A DNA stretch of 64,000 bases from Callorhinchus milii (lineage: Eukaryota). Below the pieces are notes generated by a model. That model was not told the DNA's origin. It made no database searches and saw only the letters and a program-made list of their open reading frames with translations. Shown here in pieces: positions 61,001 to 64,000 of the stretch. A program made the translations under genes and the position numbers. Location of the stretch: NCBI RefSeq assembly GCF_018977255.1, contig NW_024704742.1:121584001-121648000 (forward strand). The letters are read 5' to 3'. Position 1 is the first letter of the stretch. The number at the start of each line of letters is the position of its first letter.

Positions 61001-62864
61001 ACCCTTGATTGACTAGCCTTGGTATATCATCCCGAGCTGAAAGGCATTATATAAATATAATTTGCTGTGGTTGTTATTGTCTGTGGCCATTTACCTCCAT
61101 GTGTATTTGTGGGTTCTTGTTGTATGCAAAATGCCTGCTGGTTTGCCTAACAAATCTGAAAAGATTTCAGTTTTTATTTTGAAAAAAATGAGTTTTTTTT
61201 ATTCATTATCTATCAGAGTACCTTTTAATGGAAACAAATCTGTGAATATATGGTGAAAATCAGTAAAAACTGACTAATGTCACGATTTATTCTGAAGCAA
61301 ATTGGTTAAGATTAATTTTGAATTCCTGTTTTTCTCTTTCCCAGTGGAATGAAACTATCAAGCTTTTTCGAGGAGGAATGCCCTTAAAGAAGCATCGACT
61401 TCATTTTCGTACCTATGGCCATTGTTTTTCTGCCTCGGAGGGTGTTGATTGCTTACATAAACTACTTAGATGCAACCACAACTTTGGTTCTGAAGTTACT
61501 CGCAGCCAGACTGTACAGTTACTCAAAAAGTTTTTAAAAAATCATGTGATTGAAGATATAAAGGGAAGATGGGGAAAAGAAGACTTTGAAGACAACAATC
61601 GCCTGTATAGGTAAACGTGAGGCTCCTTAATTTATTTTGTTTTTCTTTTTTCTTTTTAACCCCACTGTCCCTCATCGGTGTTGAGCTAACAAACGATAGG
61701 TCCCCAGGCCTTGATTGCAATGTTCTTGAGCTGTGCCTCAAAAGGTTCACTTGAGTAACTGGAGTGCATAGTTTTCAATTTGCTCCTATGGGAAACAAGC
61801 TTTTAAAATATATAATTGAACATGTTCAATTTTTTGGTTCTGGAACACATTGACCCACTCAGATTTTTTTACGAACAATTGAATTAGAATATAGTTATAG
61901 AGACTAATTTGATTCAGGGTAACCCTTAATGCTTTTTCTCCTCATTTTAATATAGCTTTTCCTTCAGTGCAGTACACCCAGCCTCTGGTACTAAATTATG
62001 GCTAACTTCCATATCTTTGGGTCTTTATCTGTTACTTCCTGTGTTGAGGTCCAGCAATACTGATGTTACTTTGTGAAACAAGGGGACATTGCAAATTGGT
62101 TGCCGAGTTGGCTCACAATGCACACAATCACTGCACTTTACAGTATATCCTGTGAAGCGATTTGAGATGTCCTCTTGATGTGAAAACTGCTACGCTAAAT
62201 CTGAAGATCAGCAGTGCTTGTTATCCATGGTGCTCATGTGCAGGTGTGGAAAATGATGTTCGTGCTGTATGAAGTCCTGTAGCTCAGTGGTTAGAGCACT
62301 TGCCTCGCAAGCGAGAGACCTGGGTTCGATTCGCGACAGGGCGAAACCTTGGGCAAGTTTCCTTACTCCACCCCTGATAATAATCCCTCAAGAAAAAAAA
62401 ACAATAATAAAATTGGTCACTTCAATCCACGACTGTTTGTGGGACACTGCTATGTGCAATTGGCTCCACTTTTCGCCCATAAATATACAGTCAATTCACC
62501 TTACAGTATATTCTGTGAAGCGCTTTGAGATGTCTCGAAGACGTGAAAAGCGCTACATTAAATGCAAAGATTATTATTACAATGTGTAGAATATAACACT
62601 AGCAGGGACAGACATTTTTTCATGATATTGGTTCCAGGTAATTCCTGGATCAAGGCAACAGTGCTATAAATGGTTGCCCTGTATGTAAATATGTTGATTC
62701 TACGATTATACATTTTTTTCTTTAGATTTCCTCCATCATCTCCTCTTAAGCCCTATCCAAAAAAGACAACACGTTTAGTCCGTGACTTAAATCCCATATT
62801 TCCAGACTGGAATGACTACGATGTTCCAAGACAGGGTCCTGTCCTGGTGAGACCTGTAATTTTG
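51827..62864 (+). CDS. DEPDC1B: DEPDC1B (DEP domain-containing 1B), 5' part; continues beyond the window
   Basis: Exons 51827-51874, 61345-61610 and 62726-62864 join to [44 protein letters not shown]...[52 protein letters not shown], the N-terminal DEP domain of the DEPDC1 family. [13 protein letters not shown] and the ELOVL7 neighbour point to the B paralogue. Confidence 0.94.
53385..53780 (-). mobile_element. L2 LINE 3' fragment
   Basis: Closely matches 25222-25600. Confidence 0.88.
54185..54710 (+). mobile_element. L2 LINE 3' fragment
   Basis: [11 protein letters not shown]...[15 protein letters not shown] plus the L2 tail. Confidence 0.85.
55600..56140 (-). mobile_element. L2 LINE 3' fragment
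   Basis: [24 protein letters not shown] plus the L2 tail. Confidence 0.85.
56860..57330 (-). mobile_element. L2 LINE fragment (decayed)
   Basis: Homologous to 25690-26100. Confidence 0.7.
57885..58660 (-). mobile_element. CR1 LINE 3' fragment
   Basis: [17 protein letters not shown]...[12 protein letters not shown], a CR1-type 3' UTR (gccgaatggcctcc) and a ttctatgg-type tail. Confidence 0.9.
58940..59790 (+). mobile_element. Decayed CR1 3' fragments interrupted by a SINE tail (59185-59320)
   Basis: ggtgatctgattgaggtgtttaaaat and ttcttcacaca motifs of the CR1 ORF2 end. Confidence 0.6.
59880..61070 (+). mobile_element. L2 LINE 3' fragment split by the SINE at 60303-60628
   Basis: [19 protein letters not shown]...[11 protein letters not shown]; resumes after the SINE with QRIKFKIL; taagc flanks the SINE on both sides. 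Confidence 0.88.
60303..60628 (+). mobile_element. tRNA-derived SINE, short form, full length
   Basis: Near-identical to 50254-50580; inserted in an L2. Confidence 0.93.
61345..61610 (+). CDS. DEPDC1B: DEPDC1B coding exon 2 (DEP domain)
   Basis: ttcccag acceptor, AG|gtaaac donor, 266 nt. Confidence 0.96.
62270..62579 (+). mobile_element. tRNA-derived SINE, intermediate form
   Basis: Same head and tail, more diverged. Confidence 0.88.
62726..62864 (+). CDS. DEPDC1B: DEPDC1B coding exon 3 ([13 protein letters not shown]...VRPVIL)
   Basis: tctttag acceptor, TTG|gtaaga donor, 139 nt, phase 2/0. Confidence 0.92.
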
Positions 62865-64000
62865 GTAAGACACGTTGAAATACTGTAATTTGTAGATATA
62901 TGATTTGTATTGTTCAGTAGCGATTGAAATACATTAAGGGCATAAAGTGCACTCGTGATTTTTTTCTGCTACAAAGATAGCTTTGAGCAGCATATTGTAG
63001 GGTTCTGGATCATAGATGGATCTACCCGTTTTCAATTTTAATTAATTAAAAATTATTTATCGAGTCTTTCAATTTTCTGCAGAACCGAGGAAAATGAATT
63101 CCTATTGTTGACAATTTTAAAAAATTGTTTTGAACTACAAAAATGGCTGACAACGTGTGTGACATTGCCTGCGCAAAGCGCACATGTGCAGTGTGATATC
63201 TATTGTGCCTTCACATCCTGGAGGTTGGCCATTTTTGTTGTCAGAGATTACTAGCCATATATTTTTTCAGATGTTTTTCAATTTTTATTATTGGGGAAAT
63301 TTTTTAATCAAATTGTATATTTCTCTTTTCTATAATTAAAGAACATAAAAACTATAGAATTAAGACATGTACAATTATTATTACTAGAAATGGTAAAAAT
63401 GGGTAAAATATACACAAACATATTAAAAGTTCTGTTTCACTAATTATGTTTGTTTCGCGCTACAATATATTAAACTGAATGCTGAAGATGTAAAACGTGC
63501 ATCGTCTTGCATTAAATATGGGATTTTAAATTGTAAAATGCTTTATCTTTGGGGGCCCCAAATAATTATGCCTGGAAGACTTTGTTTTACCTGAATTTAT
63601 TGGCTTTGGTTGCAATGGCTCATAAAAACTATACAGTTTCTTATGCCACAAATAACCTGAATAGGAAAAGTCGACTATAATGAAATTTCACTTTTGTGGA
63701 TAGCTGGCATTTCTGTTGTACACACTACTCAAAGCTTTATGTAGCATTTTTGATATCCATTCATCTCTATCATGAGATCTCTGCCATGCAAAACACTCAA
63801 GTATCAAAGATTGGATTAATTACAATTTAAAAAGTAATTATCTTAGTCTATTTAAGTAAGTAGTACTTGATGTTTGATATGTAGTAATGGAACCACTTGA
63901 TTGTGTTTCCCTGTCTGATATATAGACATCAATGTATGAATTAGTTATTTCTGCTTTGTGTCAATCTTCAATGTTGTGTGAAAATTCTTACCGAATAGTA

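Noticed and set aside
1..64000. CRISPR arrays, operons, rRNA or other prokaryotic systems
   Set aside because: The sequence is intron-containing vertebrate DNA; the recurring repeats are dispersed retroposons, not regularly spaced arrays.

Overview
This is eukaryotic (vertebrate) genomic DNA, most likely from a cartilaginous fish. The compact introns and the SINE/L2/CR1/Penelope repertoire suggest a holocephalan such as Callorhinchus, but the species call is inference. Three spliced genes lie on the + strand in the order known from human 5q12: the last six coding exons of ERCC8/CSA (98-10041), the complete ELOVL7 CDS (7 exons, 35513-46950, 279 aa, HxxHH box, C-terminal KKxx) and the first three coding exons of DEPDC1B (from 51827), whose CpG-island promoter carries CCAAT, CHR, E-box and X-box motifs. 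Most non-exonic sequence is retroelement-derived: a young tRNA-Ala-headed SINE, an older Deu-domain SINE, AmnSINE2-like remnants, L2 and CR1 LINE fragments (one 3 kb CR1 split by a SINE), a Penelope-like fragment with a decayed hammerhead ribozyme, and Tc1/pogo-type and palindromic MITEs. I found no convincing wholly new system. The best leads are an unclassified old repeat present four times, modular SINEs sharing a covarying 3' stem-loop with L2, inverted SINE pairs bracketing ELOVL7 exons, templated micro-duplications at retroelement 5' junctions, a Trp-to-Cys change in the DEP motif, and a decayed coding-like segment at about 23.1-23.6 kb. Exon coordinates are read at GT/AG boundaries; repeat boundaries are approximate.
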